Assembly (NCBI GenBank): GCA_013239625.1
Contig: MU053304.1
Span: 2,356,001 to 2,420,000 of the forward strand
Length of the DNA: 64,000 nt
Reading direction: 5' to 3'
Source of the DNA: Lama guanicoe
Lineage: Eukaryota
Shown: in pieces, positions 12,548 through 23,995 of the stretch
How positions within the stretch are numbered: position 1 is the first letter of the stretch
Layout: each line of letters begins with the position of its first letter
Translations under genes and position numbers: made by a program
The notes under the pieces: generated by a model
The model's input: only the letters and a program-made list of their open reading frames with translations
The model's database searches: none
Told to the model about the DNA's origin: nothing

Positions 12548-12982
12548 AATTCATGAATGGAGAGACCAAACTCATCTGTATAAAGGATCATTTAAAATAA
12601 GATGTATTCTTTGTCCCTCCCTCTTTGAGTCAGTTTGCTCAGGCACACAGGGACATACACATATTATGTCTATTTCTAAAAGGATTTGAAGTGGCTTGAA
12701 TTCAAAAAGTGCAAGAAAAATTAAAGCAAAAACGACTAACATGAGAAGAGTAAAAAGAATAGGTAAAATTAATGGAAGCGTGGAAATGAAGGTGAGATAG
12801 GAGTTCATTAGTCAGAACAAAGAAAATTACTGCAAATGAGCAGAGAGATTCACATTAATCTTTCCTAACATCTAATCAAAGAGAGATGCTTAGATGTTCA
12901 AATGGGTGTGTGTGTGTGTGTGTGTGTATGTGTTTGAAATTTCTGAAAGTATAATCACACACTAGATAAGTCATAGAAAGTC
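12548..12982 (+). repeat. Left arm of ~430-bp inverted repeat
   Basis: Reverse complement of 13723-14156; includes (TG)n at 12906-12932. Confidence 0.97.
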
Positions 12983-13722
12983 AACCAGTCACTGCTGACA
13001 TCTTAAAAATTTGCTCAGATTATTAAAAATGTGGGACCTGGGAGAGTACTAGCATAACATAGCAATGAAAAAATTAGAGGGTACTAATTAAACAGTCACC
13101 TTTGAAAAGCTTTTCATTTTTATTTGACATGCTCACCTATAAATGTAACCTGGTCTCTTGTCAAACTACCTCCCTTCTTCACTGCTGTAGCAACTCATCC
13201 TCCAGCAGAACCATTGAAGACCTTCCAGGGAGCCTGGAGAATTAGAAATTGAATATGGGTGTGGTGTCAGTGAGGGTCTCTGTGAGTATACATATAGACT
13301 TGCTCTGATGGTTGACTGACTATAGACAGAATATCACGATCATCAGATTATTTAAGAAATTATGAAAAGGGCAAAAGAAAAATCACTGTATATTCCATCA
13401 CAGTGATAATTTGTTATGGTTAAGTAATTTTTACATTTAATTCCAAAGATGAGCTTTTACTGGTCCTATTCCACCTTTGATAGGAGAGTGCAGCTTGCCA
13501 GTTGGGGCATCCCGACTGCAACTCTGGACTAAGCCTTGTGTTTCACTGAGCCCATTTTAAAATGGAATTATGAGTTTCACAGCTCCCACTTCTGTTCCTC
13601 TCCACTCTGTGTTTCTTTCACTCACAAGTGGAAGGGTTTTGAAAGAAAGGACCATCAAACCCTTGGTGAATACAGCTTAGGCTTGGACAACATACATGTG
13701 CCCCTAGGAAAAGCCTTATGAA

Positions 13723-13765
13723 GATTTTTTATGACTTACCTAGTCCAGTATTATACTTTCAGAAA

Positions 13766-13801
<36 letters not shown>

Positions 13802-14156
13802 ATTTGAACATCTAAGCATCTCTCTTTGATTAGATGTTAGGAAAGATTAATGTGAATCTCTCTGCTCATTTGCAGTAATTTTCTTTGTTCTGACTAATGA
13901 ACTCCTATCTCACCTTCATTTCCACATTTTCATTAATTTTATCTATTCTTTTTACGCTTCTTGTATTAGCAGCTTTGCTTTAATTTTTCTTGCACTTTTT
14001 GAATTCAAACCACTTCAAATCCTGTTAGAAATAGGCATGATATGTGTATGTCCCTGTGTGTCTGAGCAAACTGACTCAAAGAGGGAGGGACAAAGAATAC
14101 ATCTTGTTTTAAATAATCCCTTATTCAGGAGAGCTTGGTCTCTCCATTCATAAATT
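13723..14156 (-). repeat. Right arm of ~430-bp inverted repeat
   Basis: Reverse complement of 12548-12982; includes (CA)n at 13769-13799. Confidence 0.97.
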
Positions 14157-15499
14157 TTTTTTTATTGTGATGTTACCATTTTGTGGCTGAGCAAACTGGT
14201 TTAAGAAGAATGTGTGCCTGATACGGCATAGAATTGGGTTATTAAGAAAACAGGGCACAGAGCATGAATAGAGATACCATTCTTTGAATGATAAATAAAG
14301 TGAAAACGCCCTTCAAGAGTAGTTAGATTGTCCATTGCTAAAGGTTTTCAGCTGGGTCCTTCAGTTTTTTGCAAGAATATCTAAGAGGTTGTCACTTTCA
14401 GGAAAAGTTCACTGTGTTTTCATTTAAAAGACAGGCATATAGTAATATGAAGACCTTAGAATTTTAGATTTCTAGAACTTGTCTGAAATTCTCACATGTT
14501 CTTATCATTTAACTTTACTGAATGTGTAAGTTTGATTAAGGACACGTTTTATAACCAATTTCATTTGTGAACATTCTGAAGAAAGGACAGTTAAAAGATT
14601 TCATGTGATCTTTGGTGATTTTTTATTGGATATTCTATTATCTCTTACCTTAGCCAAGCTCTCTAAATTATACAGCTAAGTTTTAAAGGCAAGTATTCTC
14701 CTCCCACATTCTTCCTTAAAAGGATTGTGTATATGTGTGTGTCTGTACAGTGTCCATATACTATCAAATAGAAACTAAATAAGCTTTCAGACTCTGGTAG
14801 AGTATTTGAAATTTGACGTATTTGAATCTGAAGTCACTGTCCAGAATATTGGAAGTTCAACTTTTTTTTAATGAATTTATTCCTTGTGAGTAAATGGTAC
14901 CATGTTGATTCCCGAAGCTGAACTAGGTCACTTTTATGAGCAAGGACATTAGTTTTTGGGTTGAATAACTTTGCAAAAAAGTTTATCCTGTGATGGTTAT
15001 ATGATGATTGCTCCTTCCCAACCTGCTTTCCATTTTCTACACTCCCCTCTTTTTGTCTCTCTCTATACCATCTTCCCTCTTTTTTTTTTTTTCCCTTGGG
15101 TTCAATATCTAGGTAAAATGATGAAAACAACAGACACATTTTCATATTTAGCTTTCATAAATAGCATTAAAGTTAGACATAGTACAGTTAATTACTAGAA
15201 CACTATTTAATAGAAAAATTGGGGAGTCTTTTTCTATCGATCAAAGTAAAACATAGTAAAGATAGAATAATCTTGAATTATTGTGAATGTGAATACATGG
15301 TTTTACAATGTGCAGATTTAGGAGAAAATGATGGTACGATATTTGTAACAGCTGGGGAAGCAATTCAGGGGTTATATTTTGAGAATCTTTGAAATGTTCT
15401 TCCATTCTGGTCTATTTATTCTACTTCTCAGAAAATCGATCTTAAGAAAAACAATCCTAAGTTAGAGGGGGAAAAAATGTCTACACATAGTCATTATAG

Positions 15500-15695
15500 A
15501 GTAATGATGGAAAGCATGGACTCAGGGGCCAGATTGCCTGCATTAGAAACCTTGTTGTGTTACGGTAGCTGGGCAAATGCTCTGTGTCTCAGTTTCTTCA
15601 TCTGTAAAATGGGCATAAAAACATCCACTTCACAAGATTCCCTACTTTGAATTAAGTTATTTAAATATGTAAAGTGCTTAGAACACTGCATCTCC
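15500..15695 (+). mobile_element. MIR SINE
   Basis: 'tctgtgtctcagtttcttcatctgtaaaatggg...tatgtaaagtgcttagaacactg'. Confidence 0.85.
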
Positions 15696-15711
15696 CTTAC
15701 TAATCAGTATT

Positions 15712-15901
15712 CAGCTGACCCTTGAACAACATGGGGTGCGACTTGTCATGCAGTTGAAAATTCACACATAAGTTCACAATCGGGCCTCCGTGGACTCAAC
15801 CAACAGTGGATTGTGTAGTACTGGAGTATGCGTTTAGTGAAAAAAATCCACATGTAAGTGGACCCATGCAGTTCAAATCTGTGTTGTTCAAGCGTTAACT
15901 G
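15712..15901 (-). mobile_element. Tigger2-family (TcMar-Tigger) non-autonomous element
   Basis: TIRs cagctgacccttgaacaacat ... gtgttgttcaagcgttaactg followed by TA; internal 'gtaagtggacccatgcagttcaaa'. Confidence 0.88.
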
Positions 15902-15949
15902 TATATGTGTTTGTTCTTATTAAATTTAGCAGTAGTACTAATATTAATG

Positions 15950-16260
15950 GGAAAACAATAAGGAAAGAAAAAAATAACTATTCAATATGATATGAGGGAA
16001 ATTAGGTATATCTATTAAAGGGATGCTATGCAGCTATTAAAAATAATGACTAGAAAGACAACATTAAAGCTACTAGTGATATAATGTTAAGCAAAAAGCA
16101 AAACCACAAACAATAATGTATATTGCATGACTAACATTATATACGCTAGCTCTTCTATGCATATGAAGAAGAAGTTTATGCCAATGTTAACTGTTGAATA
16201 TTGACAGATAATGATACTCATTACTTTTACTCACTTTTTTATTTTCTAACTTTATCTTTC
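15950..16260 (+). mobile_element. Old L1ME-type 3' fragment
   Basis: 'gatgctatgcagctattaaaaataatg...atataatgttaagcaaaaagcaaaaccacaaa'. Confidence 0.6.
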
Positions 16261-18279
16261 TTGAATTAAAAAGCCCCAGGCATTTCTTTTTTAAAATAAG
16301 ATGTTCAGATTGAATGCTTCCCAGTCTTTCTCATTAAACTTGAAAAAGGACAGTTTGTTAGACCTGTTATTTTTTAATTATTTCTCTTGGTGAGGTGATG
16401 AAAATGATTGGAAGAAAATTCAGATCAGGATTCAGGGTTAGTGAAATCATTATTTTATTTCTTTCTGGGTGATTAGACTGGCATTGGAACAGCAGCTGCA
16501 GAATCAGCCTGGCATGACTATCACGATTTATGGCAAATATGTATTTACTTGCCCCATTTATTCTTTGTTCTATTGTTATAATTGAATTACTCATACTTGC
16601 AGCTTTTTGCTGACTCATTTTTGAAATGCATTTTGTCCCACCACTTTTATTCCAAAGTAGGTTTGTTTTGCTCTGCTAAGGAAAGGGTTTGAACTGGCCA
16701 CACTGGAAGCTGAGGGCCTCTTTGTGTCTTCCATTTTTCCTTATATCTACACTCAACCCCATCAACTATTCAGACACAAAGCGTCCACACTTTGGATGCT
16801 TTTGAGATGCAAGTTCTGTTCTGATCTGCATTGGGAGCACTGTTAGTAGAAATGTATGTCTGTTCAGCTTTGGCCATTTCATGGAGGGTGGGCCAGTGCA
16901 GTGTTGGATAGCTTTTCATGAGCATGTCGTGTGCGTCCCTGGTGGCTCAGCTGATCAGTATTGGCTTAATTTGGATCCAGAGACAGTTCTATGTCTTCAG
17001 GTGGATTGTCACCCTCCCCTGAGTCAGCCAGTGCGAACAGAACGTTTTGTATTCAGCAGGCAGAGAGCTCCAGCTGACCTCGGCGGGCCTCCTTAAGATG
17101 AACACTTGTAACCAGAAGAAAATGGGTTCCATGAGTAGTGGGGACACTTGACTTTGCATGAAATGGTGTTTCATCAGTTCCTTGAGGTGTGCTTCAGTTT
17201 GGGCCCAGCAATTCCAGAGACGTGGCTCATCTCCCCCTTTATCGATCTCAGGCAATTCTGAGCATCTTTTTACTCTTCTTTAAAAACTGGCTGTGGATTT
17301 AAACAGCTGCTGCGCTTGCAGGAGGGTGACAGAGGCAATTTGGCTTCCTGGGAAGAGTGTGACCCTTGTTTCGTGCAGAGGGTTAGAGAAGCATGTCTAA
17401 TCTAATTGTCTCCTAGTAATAGAGTCACTTTAAGACAGCCTGCTAATGGAATTCGTTCCTGGTTTTTTAAATAGTGCCTTGTGAATAATCTAGCAAGGTT
17501 GGCTTACTCCTTCCTCGTACTTTGTGGTCTGAAAAGTGAGACCAGTTCCTGCCTATGGTTATTCTCCTCAGTCCCCTGGGGGTGATGTAGATCCCCTCAA
17601 CCTCAGATGGTATTGAGATGGGTCAGAACCATGTATTGTGCAGAATATATCCTATGGCCATTTGTTTCCCAAGGCTAAAATTTCATCCCTTATTATATTT
17701 CTGATCCCAAATATGTCTAGGCATCTGCAGATCAGCCTCTCCGAGACGGTCAAGGAGCTTGCGTTATAAGTATATCCTAATTTTAAAATGGCAATGTTAG
17801 ATGCCTCAGACTTAAACATAAGTCCTCTTCTCTTGTTAAGTTCCTATGGAAGCCTTAAATCATTTTGTAGGTAGAGGAAAAAATTAATAATAATTGATGT
17901 CTGAAATGAGGGTAAAAGGACAAAATCTTGGTTTTTAGTTATTAGTCTAAGCCAGTGACCAGTCAGGCTCCATGACCTGTGACCTTAAACTGAATTGGGA
18001 GAACTTGATCAGCAGGAGGTACACCTAGATACTTTGCATTTACCTTATCTGGCAGGAAGTCTCTTTACACAAGTGTGCTCACAGGGCGTGTTAGAAACGT
18101 TGCTACCTTCTTGCAAATCTCAGAAGTTTGCAATGGTGGAATTGCCATTCACAAGGTTTAATTTGAATTTCTTATTTTTTCTTTATCAAAAATCTGTTAG
18201 TTTTTATTTCTCAGCTCTCAAAGACTGGATGGAGTGAGGTCTTGATCCAGTGGCCTAATGTCCATAATCCTTGTGAGGA

Positions 18280-18675
18280 TATATTATTCTGCTTTAACAA
18301 AGTACCACAAACTAGGTATGTAAACAACAGAAATTTATTGTCTCACAGTTCTGGAGGCTAGAAGTCCACAATCAAAGTGTTGGCCAGGTTGGTTCCTCAT
18401 GAGGGCTAAGGAAAAGTCTGCTCCCGGCCTTTCTTCTTGGCTTCTAGATGGCCGTCTTCATGTTCACATGGCATTCTTCCTTTATGCTTGTCTTCCTCTC
18501 AATTTCCCCTTTTCATGGGGCCACCAGTCATGTTGCATTAGGGCCCTTCCTAATGACCTTAATTCCACTTGGTTACCTGTGTAAAGACCCTGTCTCTAGA
18601 TAAGGTCACATGATGAGGTGCTGAGGGTTAGGTCTTCAACATAAATAATTTGGGGGAACACAGTTCAGCCCATTC
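18280..18675 (-). mobile_element. MaLR solo LTR (MLT1C/D-like)
   Basis: 'taacaaagtaccacaaactagg...aaacaacagaaatttattgtctcacagttctggaggctagaagtcc...aaggtcacatgatgaggtgctgagggttagg'. Confidence 0.9.
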
Positions 18676-19892
18676 ATGAGCATCTTAGGTCCTGGGCTTC
18701 TTTTTCTATGACATAGGATAGGCCTGTGAAAGCTGCCTCCGGGGGAATGTTCCCCTCACCCTCACATGTGTTTCAGCTGAGGAATAGCTGTTTTCTGATT
18801 CCCGAATTCAAATTGTTCTTAATATTTCTGAAATATAGAGCCACGTGGGCACGTGCTGCCCGAACCTTGCTGCTGTTCTGTCTCCACATGTCATGAAAGG
18901 GAGGTGCCTTTCAGGTTTGATGTCCTACCACTCATTCCCGACTTCTTCAGAATGATCTAGATGAAACGGTGACTTGTTAACCTACCGGTTAGGGAGCCTT
19001 CTCTCTTCTCCAACATAGATGGTGTTTGCTGGAATGAATACCATTTTTCCCCTTATATGCTTCTTTTGATTTGGAGTGTGTCCCAAAATTTGAACTTGTG
19101 GAGAAGATATAGGAATCCTGGATTGGTCTCACCATAATTCTTTCCTTGTCTCTAAAAGCAGAATGGAACTTGGGACAATTGATCTAACACTGGATTCCTA
19201 GGCTCAGAGTTAAAAATTTGAACTTGATTCTCACTAATACTTCATGGATCATAGAGAATTTGGTGGCCTTGCCTTTTGAAAATGGCATATATTTGTCAGC
19301 TCACTAATGTCTGAAAGGCTTATATACAGAAAAGTATTCTTCCTTACAATGGATCTTTGCTTAAGCTGTATGGTCTTAAGAAAAGCTTAAGAAGAGGTTT
19401 GATTATTTTTAATAAGTCAGGCTATAGTTCTATTTCTTGCAAAGGTCACCTTCCTAGTCCACATCTGCCCTGGTCCCTGGGGCCCAAGCTTCTGCTGAAG
19501 TCTTTGAATTTGCTCAGAACAGGTAAGGTCTGAAAGTCACTCGCTTGAGGCTTAATGTGCATAGCCCTGACTCTATCAAGACAGCCACTCGCCTGTGAAG
19601 AGTCACCATCTAGCCGTGATCTGCCAAGGTGAGAATTTCAAATGGCGCACAGCTAAATTTCAACCCATCCATTATGTCTCAAGAGTAAAAGACCAATTGT
19701 AAACTCAGGTTGCATCCAACTTAATGGTCCAATGTAAGTCTCTCACACTGCAAAGTCAGAACGTCCCACTCAGACATTACATGTTGAAGTTCAAGGACCA
19801 GAGCCATGTGTCTTGAGCTCATTTACATCTCTCTATGTGCTATTTTGATCCACAGATTCCATTCCTTCTTTCTCAGAGTTTCTGGCCCTCCA

Positions 19893-19925
19893 AAAACAAA
19901 ACAAAACAAAACAAACAAACAAAAA
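19893..19925. repeat. (AAAAC)n simple repeat
   Basis: Seen directly. Confidence 0.9.
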
Positions 19926-20379
19926 ACCCCCCCAAAACAGCAAAAACCTAGAGCTTGAGAGGGGCACAGTGAACAGGACTTCTCCTCCCCATCCGAGTTC
20001 TGAACCAAATGGGAAATAAGGCAGACGGTCAACCAAAGTATTATCTTAATTTACAGTAATGCTGATTTTGGAGAATGTGGCATATGTTTGGGGGCAAATG
20101 AGCTTTGTCAAACTGAAACATAGAATTAGACAACTATACCCACCAGTCATAGGATGGCTAGACCATCATAGATAGTTCTACAAAGATTTTAAAGGAAATT
20201 GAACCCGAGGCTGGTTTCTTTATGTGATTCTCCTAGTGTCTTCAGAGAGACACAGTCAACTCTGTTGATGTGGAAGTTGAGTATATGTGTATGTGGCAGG
20301 GGTGGATATATGTCATGGTTTAGCACTGGGAAAAGCACTAAAGTGGTAAAAAAAAAAAATGAAGACTCTCAAGTAGGCT

Positions 20380-20550
20380 AAGTCTTGTAGACAAAGTCCA
20401 TTTTCTAGCTGTGACATTTTGTAAGGAACCTAAATGAACTGGGCTCAGTTCTTTTATTTGTAAATTGAGACACAATGAAATTTTCCTACCTCCTAGGGTT
20501 GATGTGAGAAGTGATGGAGATAATACCCATATAAGTCACTAATGTCGTGG
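20380..20550 (+). mobile_element. MIR SINE fragment
   Basis: 'ctagctgtgac...gggctcagttcttttatttgtaaattgagacacaatg...cctacctcctagggttgatgtgaga'. Confidence 0.7.
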
Positions 20551-22277
20551 TTGCTGCTGAGAGGGGGCCATCTTCATTTGTGTATTCATTTGTTTATCCA
20601 TTCAGCTGACCATTAGTTCACTTGTTTACTCACTAACTCACACCCATAAGTCTTTTAGCATCTATTCTGTACATAAATACTTTGTCAGCATAGTAAATAC
20701 TAACATAATTCATTAGCAATGTCAATAGCATCCGAGTCCATAGCTGGACTGCACTAAAAACATTTGGAGGTACAGAGAAAATAAACTAAGTTTTAAATAT
20801 GTCACTGATATTGGTATTAATTATAGAAATTAATAGAAAGGAGAGAATGGAAGATTTTAAGGCATTTTCAGAAATATCAATCAATATATACTCTGGGAAA
20901 ATTTCTGAAAATATTATATTTTATATAATAAAATAATTATTTTACATTTTATTATCTTCATATACAGTATTGTTATATAAATATATAATTATATATTCTA
21001 TTGAATAACATAATACCATATTTTAATGTCATAAAAGTGATATATATATTATTTTTGAAACATAGACCCTTTAATTTTATCCTAGTTCTTTACAGATTTG
21101 ATGCAAATTAGGTTCTTGTAATTCTAGAGGCATTATCATGAACGGGAAAAAAGTATAAATAACTCTAACAAGGGGATGAAGCCTGTTGAACCTCCGCACA
21201 CAGCGTGGGCCCAGTGATTGAAGACAACAGAAGCCACAGGAGGTGGGCCATCCATCCCAGAAGACGCTGGGGGTGGATGGGGCAAGGTTTGCCCAAAGTA
21301 GCATCGGAGGTGCTCTCTCTCTGAAAGCAGGTACGCCCTAAGCTCTCAGAAGCATGCATTTAATGCCTTTGCAAAGATGCACTGAACAGAATAATTAAGT
21401 GAGCAAAGACTGTGAACTGTAAATCACTCACGCAGGAGGAGTGGGAGAGGGGCCTGTGGGCATCGGCAGGGATCACACAGAGCCCTGGAAGTGAAGGCTG
21501 GCACCTGAGGGTCCTTCCTTGTGTGTACCAGGCCCTTACAGATCCAGCTGAGGTCGTTTCTTTTTAATCTAAGTAAATTATTCTGTGGTTCAATTCTTTC
21601 TGTAGTGTCCTGCACTTAAAGCATAGATGAGTGCATTATGTGGCCTTAGGAAACGTGTCTGGTCGAGTTTTAATGATTCATACCTGAATGGACTGATCAG
21701 GTTGGATCTGACTTACCTTACAGTGGTGCTAGCAATCAATGAGGGCTGGGAAATCCTATGAAGATCCTGCTCCCTGTGAGAACTTGGTTTCTGTGACCTC
21801 TCCTAGCATATTTCATAGTCAGATGGTTGTTAAGCGGGACTTGGCAAAAGGGAAACAGAATCTCAGATAACAAAAATTGAGAAGAGGAATCACATGGGCT
21901 CTCCAGGGGCGGACTCCTTGTTTTAGCAGCTCTGAGGATTCGTGGATGGGGATGTGGTGAGAAGGCTTGTGGGGCATCCTTCTAGCAAATACAATGACTG
22001 AAGCTTTTTGTGATGGCTAACTGAGATGAGAAAAAAGGATCAGGAGGCTTCAGGGAGGAGTGACTTTATGCTGGTCCAGAGTAATTATTAACAGTATCAA
22101 AAACATGAGCAGATGTGAAGGACTGCACTGAAGAGAAGGGCTGTGCTGGCGTAACAAATGGTCTTGGTCCCGATAGTGGCATTTGTTGTGTGCTTGCTGT
22201 GTGCCGGTCACGGTGTACACTGTGGCTCGTGCACATTGGCTCATTTAGATTTCATAACCACACTTTGAGGCTGATAG

Positions 22278-22912
22278 TGTAACCAAGCGGGACCCTGTGG
22301 GGCCTTCCTGGGACAGACCCTCCCCCCATCCCCGCCATGTCCTCTGCCTGACTCTTGTCCATAGAAAAACTTTAGTCTCCTAGGCTTCCCCCAGTTCCAA
22401 AGAGTGCACTTAATCAGAGAAGTGAGAAAATGCAGAAAGAAAGAAAAACAGTCAAGCAAGACAAAATAATAATAGCTTAGCCATTAAACAAAGTCAAGGA
22501 CCTTTAGTTCCTCCTCCAGGGCTAGAGATAATATTCTAAGCCATGTCCTGAGCCTGTTTTGCAGAGACTGAAACCCCCACCAGGTGGAAGAAGTCAGTTA
22601 TGTGCTGCCCACAAGCACGTGTAGACCCCAGGCCCGTTGGAACCAGAAGGTTGATGATGTTGACTCCTGATTATCTCACCGCCAACCAATCAGAAGAATG
22701 TCCATGAACTGATCACGTACCCCTCAAACCCCTCCCTCACCTTATCTTTAAAACCTTTTCCCTGAGTGTCTTTGGGGAGTTCGGGTCTTTTAAGCACTAG
22801 CTGCCTGGACTCCTTGCTTGGTGCTCTGCAAAAAATGCTGCACTTTGCTTTGCCACAACGCAGTGTCAGGAGAGTGTCTTTCCTGCTCTTTAGTTCATTT
22901 GGTTCAGTTACA
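22278..22912 (+). mobile_element. ERV1-type solo LTR (635 bp)
   Basis: Perfect terminal inverted hexamer TGTAAC...GTTACA; 4-bp TSD atag/gtag; CCAAT 'aaccaatcag' and TATA-like 'ctttaaaa'. Confidence 0.88.
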
Positions 22913-23429
22913 GTAGTGGTCTTCGGGCATTTTCTTCTGAAAAGGGAAATGAGACATGAGTTCAAGCAATGCAATTAATAAAGGGCAAAGTCAGCATTTC
23001 AGCCCAGATCGTATGAACTCTGGAGAGCACATTTCAAGCTATTTCTCTACATTTCTGTGCATACTATAGGAATTAATTTGTGGAACAAAGGTATAGAAAA
23101 TTCTCACCCCTGGGCGCTGACTGAGAATTTCTGGAAAGAAGTCCAAGTTTAGATGATGTTCAGGGAGGCAAATTTACATAATTTAGACAAGAAGGAATCA
23201 CTAGGTTTCTGAGATTGTGCACTTTGTGTCAGGTAATAAAGGAGATAACAGAAGTATTTACTTCATATTTTAAAGATTAATTCATATATTAAATGCTTAG
23301 ATCCATGCCTGTTCTTATGGTAAGAACTTTTCATATCACAACAGAATAAAGAGTGAAAATGAGAGTGATTTAGAGTAAATGTTATTCCTCTGTAATTATT
23401 AGTATTTAATCCATATTTATTAGTTAATA

Positions 23430-23995
23430 TTTGCTTCCAATTGCAAGTGATAGAGGTTCAACTCAAACTAGCTAAAGTAAAAATTTTAAAAGGCCTCAGG
23501 TAAAGCCAGAATCCAAAGGTCACACAGTGCCACCAATTCCTCTTTCTCCTTCTCCTACTTTCTTTTGGTTTTCTCTTGATGGACTTTGTTCTCAGGCAGA
23601 CTTTTGACACATGGTCCCAGATTAAAATGAGCAGATCTTTCCCAGTTGATCTAAAAACTAGCTAAAGTAAAAATTTTAAAAGGCCATGGGCTTCAGGTAA
23701 AGCCAGAATCCAAAGGTCACACTGTGCCACCAATTCCTCTTTCTCCTTCTCCTACTTTCTTTTGGTTTTCTCTTGATTGACTTTGTTCTCAGGCAGACTT
23801 TTGACACATGGTCCCAGATTAAAATGAGCAGATCTTTCCCAGTTGATCTAACAAAAGTCATAAGAACTGCCTGGGTCATGGACCTACCCCTGTGCTGAGA
23901 GACTGACCACAGGATTTGACAGCTTCACCATGGGAGTGGGAAGAAGGAAAGCCCCAAAGGAAAAGATTCCAGGCATACGAAGACTAACTGATACA
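23430..23995 (-). mobile_element. Old MaLR LTR (MLT1K/L-like) containing an internal tandem duplication
   Basis: 'ttgcaagtgatagaggttcaactcaaactagctaaagtaaaaa' and 'gggtcatggacctacccctg' motifs. Confidence 0.55.
23465..23851 (+). repeat. Head-to-tail tandem duplication, 190-bp unit
   Basis: 23465-23654 vs 23655-23851 differ by two substitutions and a 7-bp indel (atgggct). Confidence 0.97.

Noticed and set aside
12548..14156. Inverted repeat interpreted as a long-TIR DNA transposon
   Set aside because: No TSD, no transposase remnant in the spacer, and the uneven arm identity fits conversion better.
16930..16947. CTCF-like gccaccagggacgc on the minus strand
   Set aside because: Needs a gap to fit the consensus; too weak.
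20880..21060. Very AT-rich tract (similar one at 42800-42880)
   Set aside because: Low-complexity sequence with no defined repeat unit.
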